Of a stretch of 64,000 nucleotides of DNA, positions 1 to 14,130 are shown one piece after another (position 1 is the first letter of the stretch; each line of letters begins with the position of its first letter). A program made the position numbers and the translations under genes. The notes beneath the pieces were generated by a model. It searched no databases. It was not told the DNA's origin and was given only the letters and a program-made list of their open reading frames with translations. Location of the stretch: assembly GCA_951406725.2 (NCBI GenBank), contig OX597814.1, positions 7,192,001-7,256,000 on the forward strand. Direction: 5' to 3'. Origin of the DNA: Octopus vulgaris. Its lineage: Eukaryota.

Positions 1-1525
1 CTAGAGAAGTTTCAAGTGTCGAAAGAAGGATTAGAATTGAAGGGCCTTAGAGTCAACCTAGCTAAAACCAAAGTCCTAATAAGTAGAAAGGCAAGCAAGC
101 CACAAATCCCTTCAGGTAGATGTCCCTGCTTGATCTGTAGAAAAGGCATAGGTAGAAACTCTATAAGATTTACCCAGTGTAAGCTATGGACACGTAAGAG
201 GTGCAGCAATGTCAAAGGAAGGCTAACTGGGAAGATAGTTTTTGTATGTGGCAGATGCTCAGGAGCAATAAACACTGAAAATGTGCAGAGAACAACTTCC
301 GCCACATTCCAGGGAGAAAAACTAGAAGTAGTTGATAGCTTCCATTACCTAGGTGACCAAGTCAGTAGTGGGAGAGGGTGCGCTGGAAGTGTATCTGCTA
401 GAGTAAGAATAGCATGGGCAAAGTTCAGAGAGCTCTTACCTCTGCTGGTGACAAAAGGTCTCTCGCTCAGAGTAAAAGGTAGACTGTATGACGTATGTGT
501 ATGAACATCCATGCTACATGGCAGTGAAACATGGGCCGTGACTGCTGATGATATGTGTAAGCTCGCAAGGAATGAAGCCAGTATGCTCCGATGGATGTGC
601 AATGTCAGTGTGCATACTCAACAGAGTGTAAGTACCTTAAGAGAACAGTTGGACCTAAGAAGCATCAGATGTGGTGTGCAAGAGAGACGTTTGCACTGGT
701 ATGGTCATGTGGTGAGAATGGATGAGGGTAGTTGTGTGAAAAAGTGTCACACCCTTGTAGTTGAAGGAATCTGTGGAAGAGGTAAACCCAGGAAGACCTG
801 GGATGAGGTAGTGAAGCATGACCTTCGAACATTGGGCCTCACCAAGGCAATGACTAGTGACTGGGACCTTTGGAAATATGCTGTGCTTGAGAAGACTTGG
901 CAAGCTCAAGTGTGACCATAACCTTGTGGCCTATGCCAAGGGTGCAACCAGTCCATTTATGCCTACCTTTCCTTCATTGGACACTCAACTCTGTTTGCAA
1001 AGACCTGTTGAAGTAAATGAAATCAAATCAAAATATCGAAATTGAAATCAAATTCAATGACTGGCATCGGTGCTAGTGGAGCGCTAAGAGCACCATCCAA
1101 GTGTGATCATTACCAGAGCAACCAACTGTCCTCTGTGCCGGTGAAATGTAAAAAGCACCATTCAAGCATGATTGGTACCTGTGTCACCTTACTAGCACTT
1201 GTGCTGGTGGCATGTGAAAAAACATTCGAGCGAGGTCGTTGCCAGTGCTGCTGGACTGGCTCTTGTGCAGGTGGCACATAAAAAGCACCATTTTTGAGTG
1301 TGGCCATTGCCAGTACCGCCTGACTGGCCCTTGTGCCAGTGACACGTAAAAGCACCCACTACACTCTCGGAGTGGTTGGCGTTAGGAAGGGCATCCAGCT
1401 GTAGAAACTCTGCCAAATCAAGATTAGAGCCTGGTGCAGCCATCTGGTTCGGCAGACCTCAGTCAAATCATCCAACCCATGCTAGCATGGAAAGCAGACG
1501 TTAAACAATGATGATGATGATGATG
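1..1525 (+). mobile_element. RTE-clade LINE (family A), 3' part: RT C-terminus, modular 3' UTR, (GAT)n tail
   Basis: Translates to GLRVNLAKTKVL...LEVVDSFHYLG...LHGSETW...RLHWYGHVVRM...GRGKPRKTW, typical RTE RT C-terminus; in-frame stop at 504; ends in (GAT)n at ~1508-1525. Confidence 0.93.
16..915 (+). pseudogene. RTE reverse transcriptase C-terminal part with inserted PHD-like Cys/His finger, disrupted
   Basis: ORFs 16-504 and 511-915 are in the same frame, split by one TGA. Confidence 0.88.
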
Positions 1526-2236
1526 TACAGGATGAGTGCACATACTAGGCTTGGTGGCAGGCATTGAGAGAGAGAGAAAGAGTCTATGTGTACACGTGTA
1601 TATGTGTGCATGTGTATATATGGTCATGTGTGTGTGTGTAAACTTCCATAATGATATCAACTCAAAGTAATTTTGTTTTCAACTTTTAAACTTTTGAATC
1701 TTGTTTTTAATTAAGGTAATAAATTTTAAGGTAATAAATATTTTTCCTTTGATAATTGCTATTTGTTTCCCTCATTTTGTATAAACACCAAGAAATTTGA
1801 TAAAAGTTTAACTGTAAATTTTGCATGTCTGAGGTATTTCTTGATATTACCCCTGAAGGAAAAAGTATACCTCCAAAGCTACCCATCATATAAGAGTAAA
1901 CCTCTGGTACATTTATATATGATGATAATGATGATGATGGCTGTCCACGTATGAATGAGGAAAACCATCACTGACTGTTGCCAGTGCAAAATGCCATCAA
2001 TGCCCATGCCGCCTGCCTGATATTGTACCACCTGTTGGTTTCATCTGGTTTCACACCAACAACTTCCATGCTCAACACAGTGTCCTTCTGATCGACTTGG
2101 CATCAGATTGTTAACTTGCAGGCAATTGCACAACCTAAAATTTTAGGTTCAATATGCGTTGCCCAGCACTTCACAAATCCTCTCCACTCTATTGACATGA
2201 CCCTGAGACAAGCCAGGGCAAGCCGAGACAAGCCAA

Positions 2237-2630
2237 GAGTGGCTGTGTGGTAAGTAGCTTGCTTACCAAAGACTTGGTTCCGGGTTCAGTCCCACCGCGT
2301 GACACCTTGGGTAAGTGTCTTCTACTATAGCCTCGGGCCGACCAAAACCTTGTGAGTGGATTTGGTTGACGGAAACTGAAAGAAGCCCGTCGTATATATG
2401 TATATATATGTGTGTTTGTGTGTCTGTATTTGTCCCCCCCCCCCCAACATCGCTTGACATCCGATGCTGGAGTATTTACGTTCCTGTAACTTAGAGGTTC
2501 AACAAAAGAGACCGGTAGAATAAGTACTAGGCTTACAAAGAATAAGTCCTAGAGTCGATTTGCTCGGCTAAAGGCGGTGCTCCATCATGGCCGCAGACAA
2601 ATGACTGAAACAAGTGAAAGAGAAAAAGAG
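2237..2630 (+). mobile_element. tRNA-derived SINE (family S1) with internal TA/TG microsatellite
   Basis: A-box-like GGCTGTGTGGTAAG, B-box-like GGTTCAGTCCC, CCTTGGGTAAGT core-like segment, A-rich tail; homologous copies at 28.1-28.5, 42.7-42.9 and 48.1-48.2 kb. Confidence 0.8.
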
Positions 2631-3237
2631 AATATTCAGTACCAATAGGAGTCAGTATTGCATTTTATCATTTGTTCTAGTCTTGTAATGTAAAAAGAGA
2701 AAACTATTTACCATCATTTTGGTTCAATTTTTACAACTTACACAATACTAAGCATCTTTAGATAAAATTCGTTGATTTCCAAAGGTAAAAACTAGCTGAA
2801 CCCTACACCCTCATCTGTTCCATTATAAACATGACATTAACATTATTCTTTCTAAAGATCATATCTCTTAATTAGATTTATCGATACGTTAGCAGTGAGC
2901 CCTGTGTCCAACCTGTGACACGTGGGATTCAGATTCAAAATAGCTTAATTGTGTAATATTGTTCAAGCAAAGAAAGCGTTAGAATCACTGATGCCGTTCC
3001 AAAGATTAGCCATATCGGTGGTGCACCAGGTTCCAACATGAAAGAGAATTAGCTACAGAGATAAGCTGGTTCATTATTTATAGCCTTTACCAGATTATAG
3101 CCTCTAATTCTTCTTGCTTTTGATCTACAACAACCCCCTTAACTCTCTCTCTCTCTTTCTGTCTCTCTCTCCTTCTATATACGTAACACAGGTACATCAA
3201 GGTTCTCCATGATAATTATTTCTGTGCGCTTGAATGT

Positions 3238-3378
3238 GTGCACATGCACACACGCACACACACACACATGCATACATACATACATGCACACACACACGCG
3301 CACACACACACACACATGCATACATACATACATGCACACACACACGTGCGCACACACACATGCATACATACATACATG

Positions 3379-3412
<34 letters not shown>

Positions 3413-3675
3413 TGCATACTTACATACATGCACACACACACACACACGCACACACACACATGCATACATACATACATGCACACACACATGCGCACACACA
3501 CACATGCATACATACATACATGCACACACACACGCGCACACACACACACACATGCATACATACATACATGCACACACACACACACACGCGCACACACACA
3601 CATGCATACATACATACATGCACACACACACACACGTGCACACACACACACATGCATACACATACATACATACAT

Positions 3676-3720
<45 letters not shown>
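3238..3720. repeat. Compound microsatellite (CA)n/(TACA)n with higher-order periodicity
   Basis: Recurring block CACACACATGCATACATACATACATGCACAC about 10 times. Confidence 0.95.
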
Positions 3721-3721
<1 letters not shown>

Positions 3722-4639
3722 CTCCTGGGAAGCTTTTCCATGCTGTTCTTCCACAATTATTCACCTGTTTATAGCCATTTTCTGATATTTCTCATTGAAT
3801 CCCTTCATTCTTACAGACCCCAGCCAATGAGTGCTCCAGCTGACAGTCTTTTCCTGGTTGTTGTTGTTATTGATGTTGATGATCTTGTTGATGATGGTGT
3901 TGTTGTAGATGTTGTTGTTTTGTCCTAATCCAACTGACCTGGTATCATATACATTCCAACTGTGACAATCTTATCTTTCTCTTGAATTTTGTCTACCAAG
4001 GGCTACACTGCCCAATGTGACCCTTCTTTTTAAGATAGTGATTTGAGGAAGATTTGGCTGCTATTTCTAGCAAGTCATACCACAACAAAGAGCCTGACTT
4101 ACTGTTATGGATTGGAGAACTGACAGATTCAGGACAATTGCTAAACATAGTAATTCTCCTCACCCACCCACACACTCCAGATGATTCAGCCTCAGACCCT
4201 CTTCCATCTCTTAACAATATCCAACCCATTTAAAGATGGTAGATTAGCAGAATCAGTAGAGCAACAAACGAAGTATTATATTCACACATACTATTGACAG
4301 GGAGTATTATGTTCCGAGATCAAATCCCTTCAAGGTCAGATAAAATAAAAGGATGATAAATTAAAATACCAGTTAACTACTGGGGTCAACTGATACTCCA
4401 AGTTTTCATATCCTTGAGGGCATCTTCTGTCAATTTGCATGGGGCTCAATGAAGGTTGGTCTACCACATTAAAGAAATCCCACTTTTACTGATTCAGGCC
4501 CTCACTGAATTAGCCAAAGTAGGGTTTCTCAGCTAAAACATTAAATCTATAAAGTCTAATTTGCTCTACGGTTATATTCAACTTATAAAAAGTCCTCTTT
4601 GGATCGATAGCTTCATTGATCTTCGAGTCTGAAGATATA

Positions 4640-7559
4640 TTCCCAAAACGAAGAGAGAACAAGGCTACTGGAGTTCTGTGATGCAAATAACCTAATGATC
4701 TGCAACACGAACTTCAGGAAGCCAACCAGTCACCTGATAACCTATCAATCAGGTGACTACACTAGCCCAGATTGATTACATTCTTACCAAACAGCAAGAC
4801 ACATGATCGCTCATAAATGCAAAGACCCTCCCTTGTGAAGAATGTACCCCCTAGCATAGAGTAGTCATTAGTGACTTTGGACTTCAAGCCAGAAGGTTGC
4901 CTAGAAGTAGATCTGTCTGAAAAAGAAGAATCTGGAAACTTAAGAATCCTTTATACGGTCAGAGATTTAGGGACATCCTAACTGAGGAATTTGACGAGAA
5001 GGAGGAGAGGAACTACAGACTTGTAGCATAGAGTGCAACTGGGAATTCCTGCACGACAACTTGCTGAGTGCCACAGACCAAATCTGCAGCTGGTGCAAAG
5101 TCCTAACCAGACCTAGGGTGATGAAGTGGTGGTGGAGCGATGCTGTAGACAAGGCCATTAGAGCAAAGAAGCAAGACTGGAAGAGTGGTGGTAGCAGGGA
5201 ACTATATTAGGTACCTAGGAGGGAGGCTAGAAGACTGGGGTGTATTTCGCAGAGAAGAGAAGCAGAGGAAGTTTGCCAATGTTCTCCATCATGAAGACCA
5301 GGGGCTTGAAGTGTTCCAGATTGCAAGACAGTGTGTCAGAGAGAATTGTGATGTGGCAGGAGAGAAATGCGTTTGCATCGATGATGGTTCATTGGCAGTT
5401 AGTAACCCTCCAAAGAAGGAGGCTTGGAAATGCCACTATGAAAGGCTACTAAATTTGGAGAACTCATGGAAGAGGGAGAGTCTGTTTAATGTGGATCCAA
5501 CAGAGGGACCGGCAATCCAAATATACAATAGAATGGTAAACAAAGCCATGAAGGATATGAAGATAGAAAAAGCCCCCTGGCCCTCTGGAATAACGACTGA
5601 GATGTTTAAAATATCTGGCGATGTGGGTTATGGTTCAGTCACTTGTATAGTTAATCAGGTTGTACATGAAGGAGTTATACCCAGTGACTGGTGTAGCAGC
5701 ATAATAGTCAACTGCTATAAAGGTAAAGGTGATGACTTAGAACTAATTACAGGGTATCAAGTTGTTGGATCAGGTGATGAAAGTTACATAGAGGGTCATT
5801 GCCCAACTAATTAAGTACAGGGTTAGTCTATATGAAATGAAGTTTGGTTTTGTGCCAGGGAGAAGCATCACTGAAGCTATATTTCTGGTAAGGTAGCTGC
5901 AGGAGAAGTACCTAGCCAAAGCCAAACCTCTGAACTTGGCTTTTGTTGACATGGAAAAAGACTTTGACAGGATACCCAAGTCCTTTATCTGGTGGTCAAT
6001 GTAGAAAACATAGATAGATGAGTGGCTGGTGAGAGCTGTAGAAGCCATGTACAGGGATGTTGTCAGGAAGGTGAGTGTTGGCAATGAGTAAAACGATGAA
6101 TTCAGGGTACAAGTAGGGGTTCACAAAGGATCAGTCCTCAGCCCCCTCCTGTTCATCATAGTTTTCCAGACAGAGGAATTTAAGATGGGCTGTTCTTGAG
6201 AGCTCCTCTACACTGATGACCTTGTTCTTATTGCTGAATCATTACCAGAACTAAAGAAGAATTTCCAGGTATGGAAGCAAGGTCTAGAATCGAAGGGCCT
6301 AGAATTAACCTAGCAAAAACCAAAGTTTTAGTAAGTATGAAAGCAGACAAGTTGCAAATCCCCTTAGGCAGATAGCCCTGCTCAATCTGTAGAAAAGGCA
6401 TTGGTAGAAACTCCATAGGATGTACCTGGTGCAAGAGGTGCAGCAATGTCAGTGAAAGGTTAACTAGGAAAATAGGTTTTCTGTGTGGAAGGTGCACAGG
6501 TACAATAAACACTAAAAATGTACAGAAAATAGACTTCATCAAATGCCAGTGGGGTAAGCTAGAGGTAGGCTTCTGTTATCTAGGTGACCAAGTCAGTAGT
6601 GGAGATGGATGCTCTGAGAGTAGCTGCAAGAATAAGAATAGGCTGGGCAAAGTTCAGTGAGCTCCTACCTCTGTTGGTGACAAAGGGCCTCTCCCTCAGA
6701 GTGAAAGGCAGACTATATGATGCCTGTGTGTGCACAGCTGTGCTACATGGCATTGAAACATGGGCTGTGACCATTTGTAGGTTTGAAAGAAATGAAGCTG
6801 GCATGCTTTGCTGGATGTGCAATGTCAGTGTGCATGTACAACAGAGTGTAAGCATTTTGGGAGAAAAGCTGGGCATAAGAGGCATCAGATGTGGTGTGCA
6901 AAAGAGATGACTGTGCTTGTATGGTTATGTGATGTGTTTGGGCAAGGGCAGCTGTGTAAAAAAGTGCCAATCTCTAACTGTGGTGGGAACCTTATGGAAG
7001 AGGTAGACCCAGGAAGACATGGGACGAGGTGGTGAAGCATGATCTTCGAACGTTGGGCTTCACAGATGACTAGTGACCAAGAGCTCTGGCAATATGCTGT
7101 GCACGAGAAGAGTTGTCAGGCCGAGTGAAATCGTAGTTGTGGCCATACCAGTGCCATGTAAATGGTACCCATACATTGTAATCATGGTCATTGTCATGAC
7201 AAGCAAATGGCACCTGTGAATTGTAGTTATGGTCATCAATGGCACAATGTAAATTGGCTCCCATGCACTGCAGACATGGTTGTTGCCAGTTACATGTAAA
7301 TGGCACCCACCCATGAATTGAGGTTGTAATCACTGCCAGTATCATGGAAAAGGTGCCTGTGCCAGTGATACGTAAAAGCACACTTTACAACCCAAAGTGG
7401 TTGGTGTTAGGAGGGGCATCCAGCTGTAGAAACCAAATCAGATTGGAACCTGATGCATCTCTCCAGCTCATCAGTCCCAGTCAAACTGTCTAATATGGAG
7501 AGCAGACGTTAAGTGAGGAGGATGATAATGAGGAGGATGATAATGAGGATGATGATGAT
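4640..7559 (+). mobile_element. RTE LINE, older family-A relative, 5'-truncated (end of APE domain, RT, 3' UTR)
   Basis: RLLEFCDANNLMICNTNFRK (APE C-terminus), VIPSDWCSSIIVNCYKGKGD, AFVDMEKDFD, GSVLSPLLF, LLYTDDL; many stops and frameshifts; degenerate (GAT) tail. Confidence 0.92.
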
Positions 7560-7811
7560 CTCTTTGTAATGTTGGCAAATGAAATAAGTATAAAAATGTA
7601 CATTGTCCATTTAATAAAAAAAATTCTATATGTGGCTGAAGATTACATTACATTTTAAAACTGATGTAATACTTACATTGTGTAATAAAATGAAGTAGCA
7701 TGAAACGATTGTACTACACTACCTTGGATATCCTTGTTGCTTATTTTGATTATATATATATATATATATATATTATCCAAAATATGCAATATTATACATC
7801 CATTACAGCCA

Positions 7812-7895
7812 ATATTACCAATTGGTTTTGTGCTAGGGATAAAACACAGTGTTAGGTAACAATCCAATTATGTAACCCTACGCTCATCAGAGGTA
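7812..7895 (-). ncRNA. Decayed type I hammerhead ribozyme (Penelope-like terminal repeat)
   Basis: Minus strand CTGATGA-GCGTAGGG...CCCTAGCAC-AAAA-CCAATTGG-TA; GAAA mutated to AAAA; homologous to 49808-49890. Confidence 0.5.
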
Positions 7896-9419
7896 GCCAT
7901 TTTGGAATCAAGTACAGTAACAGCTGTCTATTGTTGGAGGTAAATAAATACATCCAGTTTACAGTTGCTGTGAAAAAAGATGATGAAATGCAATGAGTAA
8001 GGAAGTAAGTTAAGAGTTATGTGCCTTGGTATCAAAACTTGCTTATGTTGCAAATCAGTAAGAACTATTGGGAAATGTGTGTGTCCTTAAGGTTGGTGTT
8101 CTTGTGGAAATGGAATATGTGTAGTGGTGCTATATATATAACCTTTGCAGGGGGTGTGGGCATGCACATCTCTGTTCATTAGTGTGTTTTCTTTCTCTTA
8201 TGTATTGGTTAAATTCATGGCACCTTTACGTGTACTTGCAGTGTGTGTAGGGTTACAATGTGTATGGGAGTTTATAGAGAGGGTGGTGGAAAAGAGTCTG
8301 TTTGGTGTCAATCATGTTGGGGCATGCTTGGGTCAAACTCTTTACCAGACTCTAGAGTATCAGTGGAGGGCCAAATCTGGGGGACTGGTTACTGTAGTCA
8401 TGATGGGACATGCAGGTATGATAGGATGTACTTCCTTTCGTGTAGACAAAGATTAAAAATTTCTGAGGTAAATGCCTGGGTGCTGGGTGCTCTTTGAAAT
8501 TGCTCTTTTCTCAGTCCTATATACCCTGCACTTCATGCTGCTATTGATCCTCTAAGATCCTCCATTTTATGTTGTACTCAGTCGTGCTTTCTTTCAAATA
8601 CCAAACATGCTTGGCCAGGGTTGTGGAGTTATGTCTCTCCAGGACGTTGACGGAGAACTTGTGGTTGTTATAGCAAGTTATATATTTATATATCTATATA
8701 TTATATATTATCTTTTAGTTTTTGGCCCTATCAACCTTCACACTGGTCAAAAAGTTCAAACAACCCTCAGTTAAACATCCTTTAATGTTCACCGAAGAAA
8801 TGAATCCCTGAAGAGGATCAATCCAATGGCCATGGCTACTACAGACTACACTGTAATCATACCACAAATACAGATTGTGATCTTAAGAGACATGGGATTT
8901 GTGGAAACATGAGTAGCAAGGCATTAAATGTTTATAAATTTCATCCAAGGATTACTATTATTATCACTATCATATTTTATATCTTATATATATATATATA
9001 TATATCTATATATAAAACTGAAATGCGTTTTTACCGCTTGGTTCGCTTTCAATGCCACTACATCCCGTCCGATTCGCTCCAAAATTTACAGGGACATGTA
9101 GAATGAGGTGACGATGCGCGTGGGCTACCTTAGAAATCCCTATCTTAAAAGGTGTGGTTGCTAGGGGCCATCTTCCTACCTCACCCTATTTCCTCCAGTA
9201 CTCTGTCACTCCTCTTCATTTGACAATGCAACTACCGTTATTTAATGTAAAGTCTTCCTCAAATCACTCTGTAGCTGTTTACTCTCTTCCAAGAACATTT
9301 TCACTCACTCTATCTCTTACCTTCCTATACATTTTACTCATGTATCTCTCAGCGTTCATGGACAGTAACAAATATTACTCGCCATCCCCATCGCCATCGC
9401 ATTCTATTGTCTACCTGTC

Positions 9420-9456
<37 letters not shown>

Positions 9457-9561
9457 TCATATATCTAATATTATATTTTTATTTTTATGTTTTTGTTTTT
9501 GGTTTTTTACTGTTTCATTTCCCTATTAGTGGTTTTATCTCTAATTTAATTTCTACAGTGT

Positions 9562-9628
<67 letters not shown>

Positions 9629-9874
9629 TATGTAGCCCCAGTACACCCGAATGAAATCGGGTTCTCTTCATCAAAATGTGAAAAGGGGTCTACAATTATC
9701 ATCGCCACAACTTATGTATGTCTTCCTCACTCACTCACTCTTTTTCCTAATGATAATTATCATCGCCACCACCAACACCACCAACACACAATCTGGACAA
9801 TCTTTCTCTTATAACAAATCATGTTTACATTGCAACGACGTCTGCCACCTCCGCCGTCTCTATTTATTCTGCAA

Positions 9875-10025
9875 ATGACCAGAACTCGGGAAACTTAGTT
9901 TAGTGTTCTATGGTCTATGACCAGAACTCGGGAAACTTGATTGAGTGTTCTATGGTCTATGACCAGAACTCGGGAAACTTGGTTGAGTGTTCTATGGTCT
10001 ATGACCAGAACTTGGGAAACTTCGT
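9875..10025. repeat. 42-bp tandem repeat, about 3.5 copies, inside the Helitron-like element
   Basis: GACCAGAACTCGGGAAACTT...GTGTTCTATGGTCTAT starts at 9877, 9919, 9961, 10003. Confidence 0.9.
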
Positions 10026-10717
10026 TGTGTCCTCATCTTATAAAATGTGGCCCCAGTAGACCCAAATTAAATCGGGTTATATTAACCAAAAGGTGAAAAG
10101 GGGTATAAATGGGGCTGGAAGGGGATTAAAATTTAAAGGCGCGGGTGTTTAGCAATTCTCTGTTACATCAAGCTTAAAAATTTGCTCCAGCCTTTTAATC
10201 GTCAATGTGTTGCCGTCCATGATGAAGAAGTTTTGAATGCTTGCCATCGTGAGTCTACTGTCGTGAGAAAGAATCAAGTCAAAACTTGGTTTTTAGGGAT
10301 TTTCTTTTACATCAAGTTCAAACTTTTACGCCAGCCGTTGAACTGTCAATACGTTGCTGTCCGTCGTTAAGAAATGCCAGCCATGGTGACTCTACTATCC
10401 TCAAATTCTATCCCTTCAAACTTTGGTTTCCAATATTTTATTATTTTTATTCAGCTCACAAGTTCGTCTGTCCCTTTTAAATGTTAGTGTTTTGCTGTCT
10501 GTCTTGAAGCAGACCTTTCCTTTGTAACTGCCTGATATTTATGATTGATCTTTCTAAATATTTTATTTCTCAACTTACTCAAGATCTTTTGTTGTTTATA
10601 AATGGGAGAGAGATACATAAAGATAGAGAGTAAGAGAAAGCGAGGGAGAGTTCGAGAGAAAGGAAGAGTAAGAGAGTGGGAAAGTGAGAGAGAAAGGAGA
10701 AAGAAACAAAGAGGGAG

Positions 10718-10718
<1 letters not shown>

Positions 10719-10748
<30 letters not shown>

Positions 10749-11041
10749 GTTTAACGTCCGTTTTCCGTGCTAGCACGGGTTGGACAGTTTGACAGGGGTC
10801 TGGGAAGCCAGGAGGCTGCACCAGGCTCCAGTCTGATCTGGCAGTGTTTCGACAGGTGGATGCCCTTCCTAACGCCAACCACTCTGTGAGCGTAGTGGGT
10901 GCTTTTTTCGTGCCGCCTGCACAGGTGCCAGGGGGGCTGCCAGCGGCCACGATCGGTTGGTGCTTTTTACGTGCCACCAGCACAGAAGCCAGTCAAGGCG
11001 GCGCTGTAATCCACCACGTTCGGATGGTGCTTTTTACGTGC
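10719..11041 (-). mobile_element. RTE family A 3'-end fragment
   Basis: (CAT)n then CGTTTAACGTCCG...GGATGCCCTTCCTAACGCCAACC, reverse complement of the 3' UTR at 1330-1525. Confidence 0.9.
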
Positions 11042-11109
11042 TGAAAGGAAGCAACAGAAAGTAACAACCACACTCTTACCCGCGCGTAGAGCGGGTCACC
11101 TTCAGCTAG

Positions 11110-11140
<31 letters not shown>

Positions 11141-12720
11141 TCCCTTTCCAGCCCCATCTTTGTCACTACCACCTTTTATAATGGAACCATGTAGTTCCTC
11201 TACAGTAAAACACTTGTTCTGGGCCCTTTTCTCAAACCTTAACTCCTCATCTCCTAACATAAAGCTACCCCTCTCCAATTGAAGGAGATCTCAGCATCAC
11301 AAAATGCATGGCAACCTCACTAGTGCAGCTGCCTGCCATGAAATAATTGGCCAGAATATGCTGTAAAGTGGTTGGCACAAGGGAGGTTATCCAGCCATAG
11401 AAATTAGACCAAGGCAAACACTGGAGCACAATCTTTTTCTTTTTTTTTTTTTGAACCATCTAATCCATGCCAGCATGGAAGCTCATCATCGTCATTATCA
11501 TCATCATTATCACCAACACTACTACAACCACCACCATCTTCACCATCTTCATTTTACATCTGCTTTCCAGGCTTAGGTCTTTTGCAATTCATACTTCCTG
11601 CTCTATTAGTTGTGTCACATGCCCATACGCTTACACTCTCTAATTGTTGACATTGATGGATGTAGATGGATGTTCCTCTTATCACCAACCATTTTCCAGA
11701 GTGTTCTGAGGGCATTTTATAATGGTGCCAGCTCTAGAGAGGTTGTCAAGACCACGACATGGCCAAATGGTTCTCTCCACCTTATGTTGTCTCCAATCCT
11801 TTGCTAATCACTTTACAGAGTGATATGAAAAATTTGCAAGAAGACCTTTACACAAGGTTATGCCAATAAGCAAAGACAAAGAAAAGAGGCTGTGTTACCT
11901 CAAATGGATTGATAAATGATTCTGTTATATTTTGGAAAAGCTTTCCTTGATTAAATATAAGACAAAAAATAATGTAAGAATTCAAATTCAAAGTGTTATT
12001 ATTGGCAGGCTATTCTAATGTGTTGTAGGTGTACAGGGTGCCTGTTATTGTGACATTGGTTCTTGTGCTTTATTTGAAAATAAACAGATAGTGAATGGAA
12101 CAGTTTATATGGGGGTCTTAAATAGCTCAACTGATTGCTCTATTAAGGTAATAGTTTCAATTTCAACACAAGTCCCATATTCAAGTCAGTTGTGAAACAA
12201 TTACAATTCCAAAATAGCATACAACAGACATAGAAATAACTGATGTAGATTAATATGTATTATACATTGTTTTTCACAACTAATAACTAATGCAGATTAT
12301 ATTATAAAACTATTGTTTCTTGTAACAGAAACATGGGTGATATAAATTATGAACTAATTTATTCCTTGGGAATTATATAATGTGGCAATTGATTAAAAAT
12401 GCTATGCGATACAGCTAATCTTATTGAATTAAGGCTCCCCAGCTGCTTCCAAATCAAAACTATTGCACCAGTTTATACTGCAATATTTTTTTTTTCAATA
12501 ATGTTATTAATGTTTGCTTCTCCACACAAAACAGAAGATAGAAACAGTGAGTGGGATTCTAAAATGCTGCATCGAAAAAAAGGCAAAAAACAAAAGCATA
12601 AGACCAGCTTTGAAATGATTATTGATGGTAATTGGATCAATAGCAAGTAAAATGGAAATCAGGGAATTTTGAAGTGGCAGAATAGAAATATGCAGAAGCT
12701 TGTGTGAATTAATGTGATAG

Positions 12721-12773
<53 letters not shown>

Positions 12774-13729
12774 ATATACGTATACACACACACTTATTTT
12801 TTGTTACATTCAAATTGCCTGGGATTTTAAGTTCTACCTCACATTTTCTTCAACCATTAAAGAAAGCTGCACTTTTGATCATTTTTATAAGAAAGAAGAT
12901 CATCAGATGATAGGAACGGAGTAGGACTGGTGTTTTACATTTGTACAAAAAAGATTAGGATGAAAGGAAATTTTTAGAATATTTTTGGTAGGAAACTAAT
13001 GAAATTGTTTAAAAGCAAAAAAAAAAACTGATTCAAGAAAAATAACAGATAAGTAGAAATTTTGAATAAATATAAGTCAGCATTTATTGAGGTGTTAGAA
13101 AACACCTTGGAAGAACATCAGATGGTTGCTTAAATGGATTTGGGTAGATCAGGGTGCTAAATAAGGTTTAATTAATTGTAAGTATAAGTGATTGTATGAA
13201 CTGATACATATACGTGTACAAAGTACACACTCATGCATGCACACATGTCACAAGCACATAAGCATGCATGTATGCCATCGTAGGAAACAACAATACCAAA
13301 CAACAATATTGTAACACCTACTGCAAGATGTGCCCATCAATACCACATCTGTACAGAGTGTAAGCTCCTAGTAAAACTGGAAAAACTGTGCTACTTGTGT
13401 TTCAGAGAACAATAAAATGATGGCATCACTCCAAATTGAGTTGTAGCTATCATGTATACATGTGCTAATCTATCTATGATTATTTTAAATCTTTCTGTAA
13501 GAAAGGAGCTGGTTTTTAACAAAGATACGAAGCTCCATCATTGAGAATGTAGGTAATAAAATTAAATTCACATTTTGAACTTGACAAAAATCTTGCATAT
13601 TTTTACTACCCCCCCCCCCACCACCACCACCACCTTCAATTTGGTGTTTGTGCCTACCTTTCCCTGTGATCATTAATTTTGGCAGGTAACGACTGAAAGA
13701 ATACAAGCAGCCAAGACAGGGTTTGTCCA

Positions 13730-14110
13730 AAGCATCTCTGGAGTGACATTACTTGATGGAGTGCACAGCTTGGAGATCAGGAAGGGGCTCCAAGGAGAGC
13801 TGCTGCTTCTCTGAATTGTGACATCACAGATCTGATACTATGGACATATGGGAAGAATGTCTAGGGTCAAAAATCACCAGACAGGTTCTATGGGCAAAAC
13901 TAACCGGAGGTAATTTTGGTTCTGCCTGATAGTTGGACAGAATGAAATAATGTTAGTTTGCCATTTGACCAAGTGAAGGATGCAAGGTAAACCTTCAGCT
14001 ACATGATCCTTCATATTCCACATGTTATCCAAAATGTGCAGCTTGCTAGTGATGTCGAAATGTTATGCCAATATATGTAGCCCCAAAGTTGTCCACGATG
14101 GGATCAGCTT
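13730..14110 (+). mobile_element. Degenerate RTE-type LINE C-terminal remnant (different family)
   Basis: ISGVTLLDGVHSLEIRKGL...SQI*YYGHMGRM...RQVL resembles the RTE RT C-terminus. Confidence 0.5.
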
Positions 14111-14130
14111 CTGAATCTCAAACACATCAA

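Larger units (their letters stand above)
9005..11109 (+). mobile_element. Non-autonomous Helitron-like element
   Basis: 5' TC(TATATATAAAA) after A; 3' hairpin ACCCGC/GCGGGT (11078-11096) then CTAG (11106-11109) before T; no TSD; inserted in (TA)n. Confidence 0.7.

Noticed and set aside
3175-3928. His/Thr- and Cys/Val-rich ORFs (also at 29.1, 47.4 and 62-63 kb)
   Set aside because: Translations of microsatellites
8803-8900. CTGAAGA-GGATCA...TGATCT hammerhead-like remnant
   Set aside because: GAAA and the cleavage triplet cannot be located; too degenerate to call
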